This document shows positions 1 through 9,186 of a stretch of 64,000 bases of DNA, one piece after another. The notes beneath the pieces were generated by a model that was not told where the DNA came from, searched no databases, and worked only from the letters and a program-made list of their open reading frames with translations. Each line of letters begins with the position of its first letter. The first letter of the stretch is position 1. Source of the stretch: Candidatus Omnitrophota bacterium (GTDB lineage Bacteria > Omnitrophota > Gorgyraeia > Gygaellales > JAQTUX01). The stretch lies in the NCBI GenBank assembly GCA_028707125.1, contig JAQTUX010000002.1, positions 144,355-208,354 of the forward strand, in the 5' to 3' direction. The position numbers were made by a program, and so were the translations under genes.

Positions 1-1131
1 ATGCAGCCCATTGTCGCCCATATATTCCGCGTTGGGAAAATCTCCGATCTTGTGCCCGAGATGATCAAAGCCGGCGCACTGCGTGGGCATGGAAAGAAAA
101 AGATTGCGGCTGTCGATCCCGTGCTCCTCCAGATAACAGACCAGTTTATCCCTTTTAAACCCGGCGCCCTGTCTCAATATGATCGCAAAGGCGTGAGGGC
201 CTATCTGTTCATCAGGGCCCTCTTTAATAGTATAAAGCTCGGGCTCAAACTCCTTGAACCGCTTCATCATATACAGAAGATTTCCGCGCCTTTTTTTCAA
301 GATATCCTGGTATATTTCCATATTGCCTAAACCGATCGCCGCCTCCAGCTCATTCATTTTTGCCGAAAATCCAACGCGCTCGAATATGAAACGTATATCC
401 CTGTTGCCGCCCTGCTGAAAACGTTTCCGGCAATGGCCGGAGGCGGTATTCAACAGACAGCTCTCGCATTTACAGGCGCGCCCATGAGAGCGCAAAGACC
501 TCAGGATCTCCGCGAAATCATCCCTGTCGGTGGTGACCATCCCTCCCTCGGCAGTGGTGATCATATGCGCCACATAAAGGCTGAATGCCGCCATATCGCC
601 GAGCCTTCCTACCGGCTTGCCCTTATACACCGCCCCATATGCCTCAGCCGCGTCCTCAATGACAAATAATTTATGTTTTTTTGCTATGGAATTTATCGTA
701 TCCATATCAGCCGGCTTTCCCATAAGGTGAACCGGCATTATAGCCCTTGTTTTTCCGGTTATCGCGGATTCGATCTTTTCCGGTTCGATATTCAACGTAT
801 TCCTGCCGATATCAACAAATACAGGGGTAAATCCGGCCTGCAGTACCGCGTTACCCGTGGCAACAAAAGACAGCGCGGGAACTATGATCTCATCGCTTCT
901 CTTTGCCCCGAAATCGTATAAAACTGCCAACGCCAGGGCGTCCGCGTCCGTGCCGCTGCTTACCGCTACCGCTTCTTTTGTACCTATGAGCCCGGCAAAC
1001 CTCTTTTCCAATTCCCTCACATATTTGCCGCTTGAAACGCGGTTTGAATCAAGGATATCCCTTATTAGATCTTTTGATCTCCGGGTAATAGATATTGTGC
1101 CGAAGGCAACCCTCATTCTTTCTTTGATCAT
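1..1131 (-). CDS. DegT/DnrJ/EryC1/StrS-family PLP-dependent sugar aminotransferase. The C-terminus runs off the window edge, so the 3' end is partial.
   Basis: Not in the ORF track because there is no stop inside the window. The minus-strand frame starts with ATG at 1131 (MIKERMRVAFGTISITRR...). It has AAT-I-fold motifs, including ...IVPALSFVATGNAV... and DAAEAYGAVYKGKPVGRLGDMAAFSLY. It lies directly downstream of the FAD oxidoreductase on the same strand. Confidence 0.8.
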   Translation of the reverse strand, partial: MIKERMRVAFGTISITRRSKDLIRDILDSNRVSSGKYVRELEKRFAGLIGTKEAVAVSSGTDADALALAVLYDFGAKRSDEIIVPALSFVATGNAVLQAGFTPVFVDIGRNTLNIEPEKIESAITGKTRAIMPVHLMGKPADMDTINSIAKKHKLFVIEDAAEAYGAVYKGKPVGRLGDMAAFSLYVAHMITTAEGGMVTTDRDDFAEILRSLRSHGRACKCESCLLNTASGHCRKRFQQGGNRDIRFIFERVGFSAKMNELEAAIGLGNMEIYQDILKKRRGNLLYMMKRFKEFEPELYTIKEGPDEQIGPHAFAIILRQGAGFKRDKLVCYLEEHGIDSRNLFLSMPTQCAGFDHLGHKIGDFPNAEYMGDNGLH

Positions 1132-1133
1132 TT

Positions 1134-2267
1134 CTAACCTATCCTTTCAACAATATCTTCAACGTATTCAGCTATGGCAGGGGCAGCTGTCAGGCCCGGG
1201 GACTCTATGCCGATAAGATTGATAAGGCCGGGAAACCCGATCCGGCTCTCCTCCTGGATTACAAAATCACGGAATCCTTCGCCTTTACCTTGAAGTTTTG
1301 GCCGGATGCCCGCGGTGTCAGGAACTAAATCCTGCTCTTCTAAAAAAGGAAGCAACCCTGCCGCGGAATTTAAGAATTTTCCCTTCTCCGCGACATCAAC
1401 ATTGTAGTCAAACCTGTCTCTTTCAACGTAGCGGCTGTCAGGCCCTAACCGCAGGCCTCCCGCTAAATCCAATGTAGCATGGACGCCCAGTCCGCCGTTA
1501 TTCTCCGGCACAGGGTATATCAAACGATTAATTAATCCGCATTTCTGCGGGGAATTCACCCTGAAATACTGTCCCTTGCAATATTTCAATCTATAATCCC
1601 GGTCTTCTATATTGATCCCCGCCATCTTCGCTATATTATCTGATTCAAGGCCGGCGCTGTTGATCACGATCTTGGCGTGAAATTTAAAAGTATCTCCTGA
1701 AGAACCCTCTATGGCAACCTCATAACCGTCGGTTGACCTGCGCAGGCCGGCCACATTGGAATCATAAGCGATATCCCCCCTGTTATCTTTCAGCCGCTGA
1801 ACAAAATACTTCATTAAACTGTGCGAATCAATTATTCCCGTCGCAGGAGAGAATAATGCCGCCTCGGCTTTAATATTCGGCTCCATCCTCGCGATTTCGG
1901 TCTTTGTCAAGATCTTAAGCTCTCTGGCGCCGCTGGCGCCGCCTTGTTTTAAAAGCTCTTCCAACGCGCTCGTCTCTTTATCATTTACTGCTACGATCAG
2001 TTTTCCCGTCTGCCTGTAAGGGATCTTATTTTTTGCGCAGATCTCATAAAGCATTCTATTCCCCTCAACGCACGCCTTTGCCTTTAAAGAGCCGGGATCA
2101 TAATATATACCTCCGTGAATAACCTCGCTATTGCGGCTGCTTGTCTCCTGACCGAAAGACTTATGCCGTTCTAAAACGTAGACCGACCGATTTTGTTCAG
2201 AAACCTTTGCGGCTATACCTAAACCTACAACGCCCGCTCCGATAATAACTATACCTGCACGCTCCAT
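1134..2267 (-). CDS. FAD-dependent oxidoreductase of the DAO/L-2-hydroxyglutarate-oxidase type.
   Basis: 377 aa. The N-terminus has a dinucleotide-binding motif, VIIGAGVVGLGIAAK...VLER. It is tightly coupled to the neighbouring genes. Confidence 0.65.
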   Translation of the reverse strand: MERAGIVIIGAGVVGLGIAAKVSEQNRSVYVLERHKSFGQETSSRNSEVIHGGIYYDPGSLKAKACVEGNRMLYEICAKNKIPYRQTGKLIVAVNDKETSALEELLKQGGASGARELKILTKTEIARMEPNIKAEAALFSPATGIIDSHSLMKYFVQRLKDNRGDIAYDSNVAGLRRSTDGYEVAIEGSSGDTFKFHAKIVINSAGLESDNIAKMAGINIEDRDYRLKYCKGQYFRVNSPQKCGLINRLIYPVPENNGGLGVHATLDLAGGLRLGPDSRYVERDRFDYNVDVAEKGKFLNSAAGLLPFLEEQDLVPDTAGIRPKLQGKGEGFRDFVIQEESRIGFPGLINLIGIESPGLTAAPAIAEYVEDIVERIG

Positions 2268-3332
2268 CTATTCTGCCAGCTCCACCGCCGCATTCACGAC
2301 TTCCCGGACGCCGGGATAGAACTTACGCTCCAGGACGTATCCCGACGGGGTAGGGATATCAGGCGCGGCGATCCTTTTAACCGGCTTCTTTAGAAAATTC
2401 AGCCCCTTTTCAGATACCATCGCCGCGATCTCAGCTGTAACCCCTGCCGTCTTCCATCCGGTATCAACTATAATAAGCCTTCCTGTCTTCTTCAGAGAGG
2501 TCAATATAATATCCTCATCCAGAGGGTTCAACGTTCTTAAATCTATGACCTCCGCTTCAATACCCCTGGTTCTTAGCTCCTCTGCCGCGCGCAATGCTTC
2601 TATGACCATATAAGAAGCGCCTACGATCGTAACGTCGCCGCCCTCTTTTCTTATAACTCCCTTGCCGAAAGGTATGGCATATAATTTATCCGGAACGTAA
2701 CCCGTATGCTTAAACGCCCATCGGTGTTCGATGAACACTACCGGATCGTCATCAAGTACGCTTGACACCAATAGGCCCTTCGCGTCATAGGGGGTGCTGG
2801 GCATAACAAGCTTAAGCCCCGGCACATGCATAAATAATCCCTGGAGCGCCTGGGAATGCTGCGCCCCCGAGCCCCAGCCGCGGCCGATGACCGCCCATAT
2901 TACGATCGGGACATTGCTCCTGCCTCCGAACATATAACGCCACTTTGAGGCATGATTAACGATCTGATCCATCGCCAACAGAAGAAAGTCGGGCCGGTTG
3001 TGCATATAAATCGGGCGCATGCCTACAAGCGCCGCCCCTACCGCGACCCCTGTCAACGCGTCCTCTGACAAAGGCGTATCAAATATTCTCTGTGAGCCGT
3101 ATTTTTTATGCAGATTCAATGTCGCGCCGAACATGCCCGATGGGTCGTCCACCCCCTGCCCCATTATAAAAACACGGCTGTCTATGGCAAGTATCTGTTC
3201 AAGCGTCTCATAAATGGCCTGTGTATAAGGTATGTTCCTGGCCTCTGATTTACCGCTATGATCAAAGCCGGGCTCCTCTTTTTCTATACTCTTCTTGTCC
3301 CAGTCAAAACTTATTTTTGATCTATTCGCCAT
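2268..3332 (-). CDS. E1 beta-like subunit of a TPP-dependent enzyme (2-oxoacid dehydrogenase E1 beta / transketolase C-terminal family).
   Basis: It has the pyrimidine-binding and C-terminal transketolase-like domains. The ORF track extends it to 3395. I prefer the ATG at 3332 (MANRSK...) because it nearly removes the 74-nt overlap with the upstream gene, but the start is uncertain. Confidence 0.75.
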   Translation of the reverse strand: MANRSKISFDWDKKSIEKEEPGFDHSGKSEARNIPYTQAIYETLEQILAIDSRVFIMGQGVDDPSGMFGATLNLHKKYGSQRIFDTPLSEDALTGVAVGAALVGMRPIYMHNRPDFLLLAMDQIVNHASKWRYMFGGRSNVPIVIWAVIGRGWGSGAQHSQALQGLFMHVPGLKLVMPSTPYDAKGLLVSSVLDDDPVVFIEHRWAFKHTGYVPDKLYAIPFGKGVIRKEGGDVTIVGASYMVIEALRAAEELRTRGIEAEVIDLRTLNPLDEDIILTSLKKTGRLIIVDTGWKTAGVTAEIAAMVSEKGLNFLKKPVKRIAAPDIPTPSGYVLERKFYPGVREVVNAAVELAE

Positions 3333-4338
3333 CGCTATAAAGATATTTTGATACTTCCGCCTCATCGGGAAACGGGCTATTCCGGGCAAACTCAAATGCC
3401 TCGTCTATCTCTTTATCAAAGGCCTGATTAAAACAAGTGATATCTGATCCGCTTATTACCTGTCTATCCAGCAAGAAGAGCTCAAAATTTTTAAGCGGGC
3501 ACCTTTCCATCCAGGCGTCCAATTCTTCCTGTGTCCTGTACCCCAACTCTATATCGGTGCCGCCCCCCGAATGCCCGCACCATCTGTAAGTGCAAAATTC
3601 TATAAAAGAAGGCCCTTTACCGCGGCGCGCGTCCTCAACCGCCCTTCTGCCTACGCAGTAAACATCGACCACATTGTTGCCGTCCGCCTTGTAACGCGAA
3701 ATACCGAAGCCGTCAAAACGCTCATATATATCTTTGGAAGGCTGACGATTACTCCTGTGAGAGCATACCGCATAAAGATTATTCTCACAGACGTATATCA
3801 CAGGCAGTCTTTTAAGCATCGCGAAATTAATACTTTCATATAATACGCCCTCGTCAACCGCCCCATCGCCGAATAATACCATCGTCACCCGCTTATTTCC
3901 CTGCAACAAAGAACCGAGGGCGGCCCCTGTGGCAATAGGTATACCGCCGGCTACGATCGAAGAAGAACCCAGTAATCCCACTGAGTTATCGATCAAATGC
4001 ATTGAGCCGCCCCTGCCGCGGGAACAACCGGTTTCCCTGCCGTATAATTCGGCAATAAGCGATTTTAAGTCCCCGCCCTTAGCAAGATAATGGCCGTGCC
4101 CTCTGTAATTACTAAGAAGGTAATCCTCCTTATCCAGATGGGCGCACATACCGGCAGGTATTGCCTCCTGCCCCTTGCAGAGATGAACCGGCGTCTTCAT
4201 TTCGTCTTTGGGATACTCCTCTTCTATCCTGACCTGCACCTTTCTTATCCTCAACATCTGTTTATAAAGCCGGACCAAATGCTCCCGGGGGATATCCCCG
4301 ATATTCTTATCGTAATTGATCATGGGGCCTTTTTCCAT
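3322..4338 (-). CDS. E1 alpha subunit of a TPP-dependent dehydrogenase (pyruvate or acetoin dehydrogenase E1 alpha family).
   Basis: YRGHGH...GRGGSMHL and CENNLYA motifs are typical of E1 alpha. Its start overlaps the stop of the upstream B12 radical SAM gene (TAATG at 4336-4340). No E2 or E3 gene lies nearby. Confidence 0.8.
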   Translation of the reverse strand: MEKGPMINYDKNIGDIPREHLVRLYKQMLRIRKVQVRIEEEYPKDEMKTPVHLCKGQEAIPAGMCAHLDKEDYLLSNYRGHGHYLAKGGDLKSLIAELYGRETGCSRGRGGSMHLIDNSVGLLGSSSIVAGGIPIATGAALGSLLQGNKRVTMVLFGDGAVDEGVLYESINFAMLKRLPVIYVCENNLYAVCSHRSNRQPSKDIYERFDGFGISRYKADGNNVVDVYCVGRRAVEDARRGKGPSFIEFCTYRWCGHSGGGTDIELGYRTQEELDAWMERCPLKNFELFLLDRQVISGSDITCFNQAFDKEIDEAFEFARNSPFPDEAEVSKYLYSDGE

Positions 4339-5810
4339 TACGCGTATTTCCTGCGTATTGTTGTCCTTAACATATCTTTGATATGATCCACAACCTTCGA
4401 TCCGAACCTTTTCCGGATCATTTCTATATATGCCGGATCGCTGAAATATTCACGGAAGGCGCTGTCCCTGAAGCGCAGAACCTCCGCGGATGAAAGGTGC
4501 TTGGTCGCCAGCGCCAAAGTATCTTCCGCATACTGGCCATACGCATGCCATTGCCCCGGAAGCTCTCTGCCGTCTCTTACGGCATCCCTGTACAGGTCTG
4601 ACCCGGGATAGGCCATGGCTACATAAAAATTCACGTATTCAAAATTAAGCTCCTTTGACATATCCAGGGTCTTCCGCATGGATTCCAGAGTATCATCAGG
4701 CAGCCCGAATATAAAATTGCCGAGCGTATGAATACCCGCGCGCTTTGTCATATCAACGGCCTCTGATATTTTATCCTGGGATATCCTTTTTGCGACACCT
4801 TCACGGACACCGCCGCTCGCGGACTCAACGCCAAAGCAAAGCCAGTTGATCCCCGCCCGTTTCATCGCCGGCAGTATATCGCCGCTAACCGTATCAACGC
4901 GCGCGTATGCCCAGATATTGAGCCTGTACCCCCTTTGGATAATAAGCTCGCATATACGCGTAAGGCGCTCTTTCTTGATCACAAACAACTCATCAAGGAT
5001 CTTGATATTGCGCACATTATAATTTTTAACTAAAATATCTATCTCCTCTATTACCTTCTCCGGGCTGCGAAAACGAATGCCGCATTTACCATAGAAGGCA
5101 TGTATGGGACAATAGCTGCAATTAAACGGGCATCCCAAACTGGTGAAGATCACCGCATAGGGGCTTCTTTTGTCTAAATCCTCGAAGCAGTGCCAGTTAT
5201 GGGCCTTATACTTATGCATAGGTAAAAGATCCCAGGCGGCAAAAGGAAGGCGGTCAAGATCCTCGATCAAAGATGCGGGCGCGGGCGCTCTTACGCCGGT
5301 ATCATCCATATACCAAAGCCCTTCTATTCCGCAATCTTCCGGCCTTTTCCCGGATCTTAATGCCTCCAGGGTTTTAAGAAAGGTATAAAATCCCTCGCCC
5401 TGGCATACAAAATCTACCTTCTCCTCCCTGATGGTTTGTTCAGGAAGCGCGGAAGGATGAAGCCCGGAAAGGATCGTTTTCACAGCGCTACCCTTGCTAT
5501 GCAGGACGTTCAGGAGTTCGCTCACCGCGGTCATTTTAGGCGTGGAAGAAGCGGATGGATTGGTCCCCAAAACAACGATACCGGCCAAAAGCGGATTTAA
5601 CTCGGCGATCTTCTCTGCCGTGTATTCCGGGCTCCAGTTCTCCGCATCCGCGTCAATGATCCCTACAGAATATCCCTGCTCGCGGATGAACCCGGCGATC
5701 AACCCGCACCACAGAGGAGGTTCGATGCCGGCCAGAGACTCGCCTAATCTGCCGTACATCTGAGCGCGATTACCGGGGTTTACCAGCAATAGGTCTAACC
5801 GCTTATCCAC
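4338..5810 (-). CDS. Cobalamin-binding (class B) radical SAM enzyme, paralogue 1 of 7.
   Basis: 490 aa. The N-terminus is a Rossmann-like B12-binding domain (LLLVNPG...GIIDAD...IVVLGT). The radical SAM cluster motif is SLGCPFNCSYCP. Confidence 0.85.
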   Translation of the reverse strand: MDKRLDLLLVNPGNRAQMYGRLGESLAGIEPPLWCGLIAGFIREQGYSVGIIDADAENWSPEYTAEKIAELNPLLAGIVVLGTNPSASSTPKMTAVSELLNVLHSKGSAVKTILSGLHPSALPEQTIREEKVDFVCQGEGFYTFLKTLEALRSGKRPEDCGIEGLWYMDDTGVRAPAPASLIEDLDRLPFAAWDLLPMHKYKAHNWHCFEDLDKRSPYAVIFTSLGCPFNCSYCPIHAFYGKCGIRFRSPEKVIEEIDILVKNYNVRNIKILDELFVIKKERLTRICELIIQRGYRLNIWAYARVDTVSGDILPAMKRAGINWLCFGVESASGGVREGVAKRISQDKISEAVDMTKRAGIHTLGNFIFGLPDDTLESMRKTLDMSKELNFEYVNFYVAMAYPGSDLYRDAVRDGRELPGQWHAYGQYAEDTLALATKHLSSAEVLRFRDSAFREYFSDPAYIEMIRKRFGSKVVDHIKDMLRTTIRRKYA

Positions 5811-6526
5811 AAAGTCCTCCTCAGGATCTTCTCAGCCTGCTTAAGCCTTTCCGGAGTTCCGATATCTATAAAACCGCCCTCGGCCAAATACCCGTAAAAC
5901 TCCCTCTTCACCATAACCGGGAAAAAATCATTCTCCAAAGAAAAGTTCTTATCTTCCGGCATTTCAGACAATATCTCCTTGCGGAACAAATAAATGCCGC
6001 CGTTGACAAAACCATCGCCCTTAACGGATTTCTCGCTGAACGCGTTGATACGCTGCGACTCACCCAAAATTATACTGCCATAATCGCTGCTGTCTGATTC
6101 AGGCGAAACGACTATGGAACAGTACGCCTTCTTCCGGGTATGGAACTCTAAAAACTTGCCCAGATCTACGTCGCAGAAAGAATCTCCGTTCATAACCAGG
6201 AATATATCGCTTCCAATCTTTGAGGAGGCATTTTTGATACACCCCCCGGTGCCCATTAACGCCTTCTCCTCAGAGAATACAATATCATAATTGCCCTTTC
6301 CGCCCTTATAATATCGTTTAATAAATTCAGCCCCGTACCCTATACAGAGAATAAAACGCCTGAATCCAAAACGCGCGGCATAATCGATAAGAATATCCAG
6401 AAAAGGACGGCCGCCGATCTCTATCATCGGTTTAGGCAAATCCCCTGCAACCGGCCTGATGCGCCTGCCTTCTCCCCCGCAAAGTATTACCGCGTCTATA
6501 TCCTCAAATGCCGGCCTTTTGCTCAT
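5795..6526 (-). CDS. Sugar-1-phosphate nucleotidyltransferase, resembling the D-glycero-alpha-D-manno-heptose-1-P guanylyltransferase HddC.
   Basis: NTP_transferase N-terminus: AVILCGGEGRRIRPVAGDLPKPMIEIGGRPFLD. It sits next to a GHMP kinase. Confidence 0.6.
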   Translation of the reverse strand: MSKRPAFEDIDAVILCGGEGRRIRPVAGDLPKPMIEIGGRPFLDILIDYAARFGFRRFILCIGYGAEFIKRYYKGGKGNYDIVFSEEKALMGTGGCIKNASSKIGSDIFLVMNGDSFCDVDLGKFLEFHTRKKAYCSIVVSPESDSSDYGSIILGESQRINAFSEKSVKGDGFVNGGIYLFRKEILSEMPEDKNFSLENDFFPVMVKREFYGYLAEGGFIDIGTPERLKQAEKILRRTLWISG

Positions 6527-7527
6527 TATGTTGTCAATGAATCCCCCGGGCTGTAAAATATAATCTGGCTGCCTAAATTCTCAAACCTGAAAGGCACATG
6601 TAAAAGATCCTTTAAGCTCTCGCGGATCTTTGGCTGGGCATCAGGCCGGGCAAAAAACAAGATAAATCCTCCGCCGCCTGCGCCTAATACCTTTCCTCCC
6701 CGCGCGCCTGCCCTGATCGCCGCAGAGTAGATATCATCTATTAAGGGCGTGGCTATCTTGCTTGACAGGCTGCGTTTCAGCATCCAGTTTTCATGTAAAA
6801 GTTTCCCGAAATCCGATAAATCGGAGTTGCTGTTTAATATGCTCAAGGCCTTATCTACCAAGCCATACATGGCGCGCAGTTCTTTCTGCTTATGCGGCGT
6901 CTTCTCTATCTGCTCCCGGGCGATCTCTGATGCCGTGCGGGAAAACCCGGTAAAGAAAAGCATCAAATGGGACTGGAATACCCTGAGGCGCTCGACGTCT
7001 ATAGTCACAGGCCTGACCTGAATATGATCCTTGCCTCCGAATTCTATAAGGCTAAACCCCCCAAAGGCGGCTAACGCCTGATCCTGCGAACCGACGTTTT
7101 CCTTCATAACCTCCTGCTCAAGATGAATGGCATCCAATACCAGCTGCCGCTTAGTCGGCATGACGCCCTTAAGCGCGTAAAGCGCGTGAAGCAGGCCAAC
7201 GGTAAAGGCGGAACTCGACCCCATACCCGTGCGCGCGGGCAGATCGCCGTCGTGATGAACCTCCACCCCTTTATCTATGCCTATAAACTTCAGGCAGGCC
7301 CTGACGGAGGGATGCTGGATCTCATCGATCTCCTTTACGAATTCCATCCTGGAATATATTATCCTTGACTTATGTTCAAAGAAAGGAGGCAGATGCCTGC
7401 AGCTAAGATAGCAGTACTTATTTATCGTCGTAGCCAATACGGCTCCGCCGTTATCTCTATACCATACGGGATAGTCCGTACCCCCGCCAAAAAAAGAAAT
7501 GCGAAAAGGCGTTCGGCTGATAACCAT
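6526..7527 (-). CDS. GHMP-family sugar kinase, resembling the heptose 7-phosphate kinase HddA.
   Basis: The N-terminus (TPFRISFFGGGTDYP) and the GHMP motif (PARTGMGSSSAF), then GAGGGGF near the C-terminus. It shares one nucleotide with the downstream nucleotidyltransferase ORF. Confidence 0.6.
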   Translation of the reverse strand: MVISRTPFRISFFGGGTDYPVWYRDNGGAVLATTINKYCYLSCRHLPPFFEHKSRIIYSRMEFVKEIDEIQHPSVRACLKFIGIDKGVEVHHDGDLPARTGMGSSSAFTVGLLHALYALKGVMPTKRQLVLDAIHLEQEVMKENVGSQDQALAAFGGFSLIEFGGKDHIQVRPVTIDVERLRVFQSHLMLFFTGFSRTASEIAREQIEKTPHKQKELRAMYGLVDKALSILNSNSDLSDFGKLLHENWMLKRSLSSKIATPLIDDIYSAAIRAGARGGKVLGAGGGGFILFFARPDAQPKIRESLKDLLHVPFRFENLGSQIIFYSPGDSLTT

Positions 7528-7535
7528 ATCTCTCC

Positions 7536-8468
7536 TTAAACGTTGGAAAACTGATTTCTTCTTACGACCTGGTATCCTTTGATCAATTCTGAAATACCTT
7601 CTGGGAGCGAAATATCGGGTTTATATCCTGTGCCTTTGATCTTTCCGTTGCTTACGATATAATCCCTCTTGTCGGGATCCTCGCCTACCTCTGCCTCGGT
7701 AAAATAAAAATCGGGCGCCTGTTTCTTGATCTCCTCGCACAACTCCCGCTTGCTAAGGTTGGCATTGCTTAAACCCACATTATATGTTTGATTTTTCATC
7801 CGTTCAAAATTATTCAAACAGTGGATGAATGCCTTGGCAACATCCCGCACGTGAATATAGTTTCTTTTAAAATGCGCCTCAAAAATAACCAGAAACCTGT
7901 CCGTTACCGCGCGATAAGTAAAATCATTCACCAAGAGGTCCAGCCGCATGCGGGGACTGACGCCGAATGCCGTAGCCAGCCTCAAAGTGATGCTGTTGCC
8001 CGCGTCCAATATGGCCTTCTCCGCCTCAACCTTCAAATTACCGTAAAGGGAAACCGGACGTAAGGGCGTCTCTTCGGTACAGAAGATGCCCTTTTCTCCC
8101 ACCCCATATCCGCTGTTAGTGGTAGGGTAAATAACAATCTGCTCCCTGCTGCGCAAACCCAGTATTGTCTTCACCGCATCCACGATAATCGTCCTGGCCT
8201 CGATAGGGCGCATCTTACAGAGCGGGGCGCCGGTCAGGCAGGCCAGGGGAAAGACGGCATCCGCCCCCTTTAGATGACGAGATATCAAATCCCTGTCTCG
8301 CGCATCGCCCCTGATTATGGCCAGATTACCGTAATGGCAGCAATCCAACAGAGGGCTCTGATTATACATGAAATTGTCAATAACCGTCACTTCAAAATCA
8401 TTGGCCAATAATTGCGGGACCAATACAGAACCTATATAACCCGCTCCTCCAGTTACCAATATCTTCAT
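7536..8468 (-). CDS. NAD-dependent epimerase/dehydratase (extended SDR).
   Basis: MKILVTGGAGYIGS and a YxxxK motif. I moved the start to the ATG at 8468, which follows a GGGAGG RBS. The ORF track extends it to 8495. Confidence 0.75.
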   Translation of the reverse strand: MKILVTGGAGYIGSVLVPQLLANDFEVTVIDNFMYNQSPLLDCCHYGNLAIIRGDARDRDLISRHLKGADAVFPLACLTGAPLCKMRPIEARTIIVDAVKTILGLRSREQIVIYPTTNSGYGVGEKGIFCTEETPLRPVSLYGNLKVEAEKAILDAGNSITLRLATAFGVSPRMRLDLLVNDFTYRAVTDRFLVIFEAHFKRNYIHVRDVAKAFIHCLNNFERMKNQTYNVGLSNANLSKRELCEEIKKQAPDFYFTEAEVGEDPDKRDYIVSNGKIKGTGYKPDISLPEGISELIKGYQVVRRNQFSNV

Positions 8469-8481
8469 GGTCTTCCTCCCA

Positions 8482-9186
8482 TTAACGCCAAACAAATACC
8501 TCCTTTAAAACCTGAGTCAAATAAGCCGAGCCCCAGCGCACTATCTGTAATTTTCGCTTACCCCATAACCTGCGCGGCTCATCAGCAGGAATCTCGGTAA
8601 TCCTTAATTTTCTCTTTGCGGCCCTAACCGAAAGAAGAGGCATAATACATATCTTTGTATGAAACAATGCCTCCTCCCGGGAATAATTTTCATCCCTGTC
8701 AAGCTCTAAGTCGCGTATCAACTCCTTTTTAAAAGCGCGGAACATATTCATCGCGTCTGTATACTTGCCTCCGTGAAGCACGTTAATCAAAGAGGTGAAC
8801 ATCCAATTACCGAACGAAGTTATTAAACTGTCATCGTAGCTCCTGGCATCTTTTAAATATCGGGAGGCGATCACCATATCATATCCTTCCTCCATTTTCT
8901 TAACCAGCTGGGGTATGACCTCGGGTTTGCAATTACCGTCCGGACTGAATGGAATGATCACATCCCCTGTTATGCGGCCCAACGCCTCAATGTAGGCGTT
9001 CCTTATACCGGGTTTTTTCTGGACGATAACTGAATAACCGTTCTTCATGGCGTATTCAGCGGTTCCGTCGGTGGATCTTCCATCCACCACGAAAATCTCA
9101 TCCACCCATTCCCTTTTAATCTGCGGCATGATCTGCTTCATGCCGTCTATCTCATTCAAGGTCAATACAAGTAAGGTTGTCTTCAT
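8482..9186 (-). CDS. Family-2 glycosyltransferase, Dpm1/polyprenol-phosphate sugar synthase-like, soluble form.
   Basis: 234 aa. N-terminal GT-A motifs: LLVLTLNE, VVDGRSTDGT. No C-terminal transmembrane segments. Confidence 0.65.
   Translation of the reverse strand: MKTTLLVLTLNEIDGMKQIMPQIKREWVDEIFVVDGRSTDGTAEYAMKNGYSVIVQKKPGIRNAYIEALGRITGDVIIPFSPDGNCKPEVIPQLVKKMEEGYDMVIASRYLKDARSYDDSLITSFGNWMFTSLINVLHGGKYTDAMNMFRAFKKELIRDLELDRDENYSREEALFHTKICIMPLLSVRAAKRKLRITEIPADEPRRLWGKRKLQIVRWGSAYLTQVLKEVFVWR

Noticed and set aside
1-330. Plus-strand 109-aa ORF at the start of the window.
   Set aside because: It lies entirely antisense to the well-supported minus-strand DegT aminotransferase frame (1-1131). 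It has no RBS and no recognisable domain, so I treat it as a shadow ORF.
2268-4338. Interpretation of the TPP-enzyme pair as a split transketolase supplying sedoheptulose-7-P for the heptose module.
   Set aside because: The alpha subunit carries E1-alpha-specific motifs (YRGHGH, GRGGSMH, CENNLYA) rather than transketolase N-terminal motifs. I therefore classified the pair as a 2-oxoacid-dehydrogenase-type E1.
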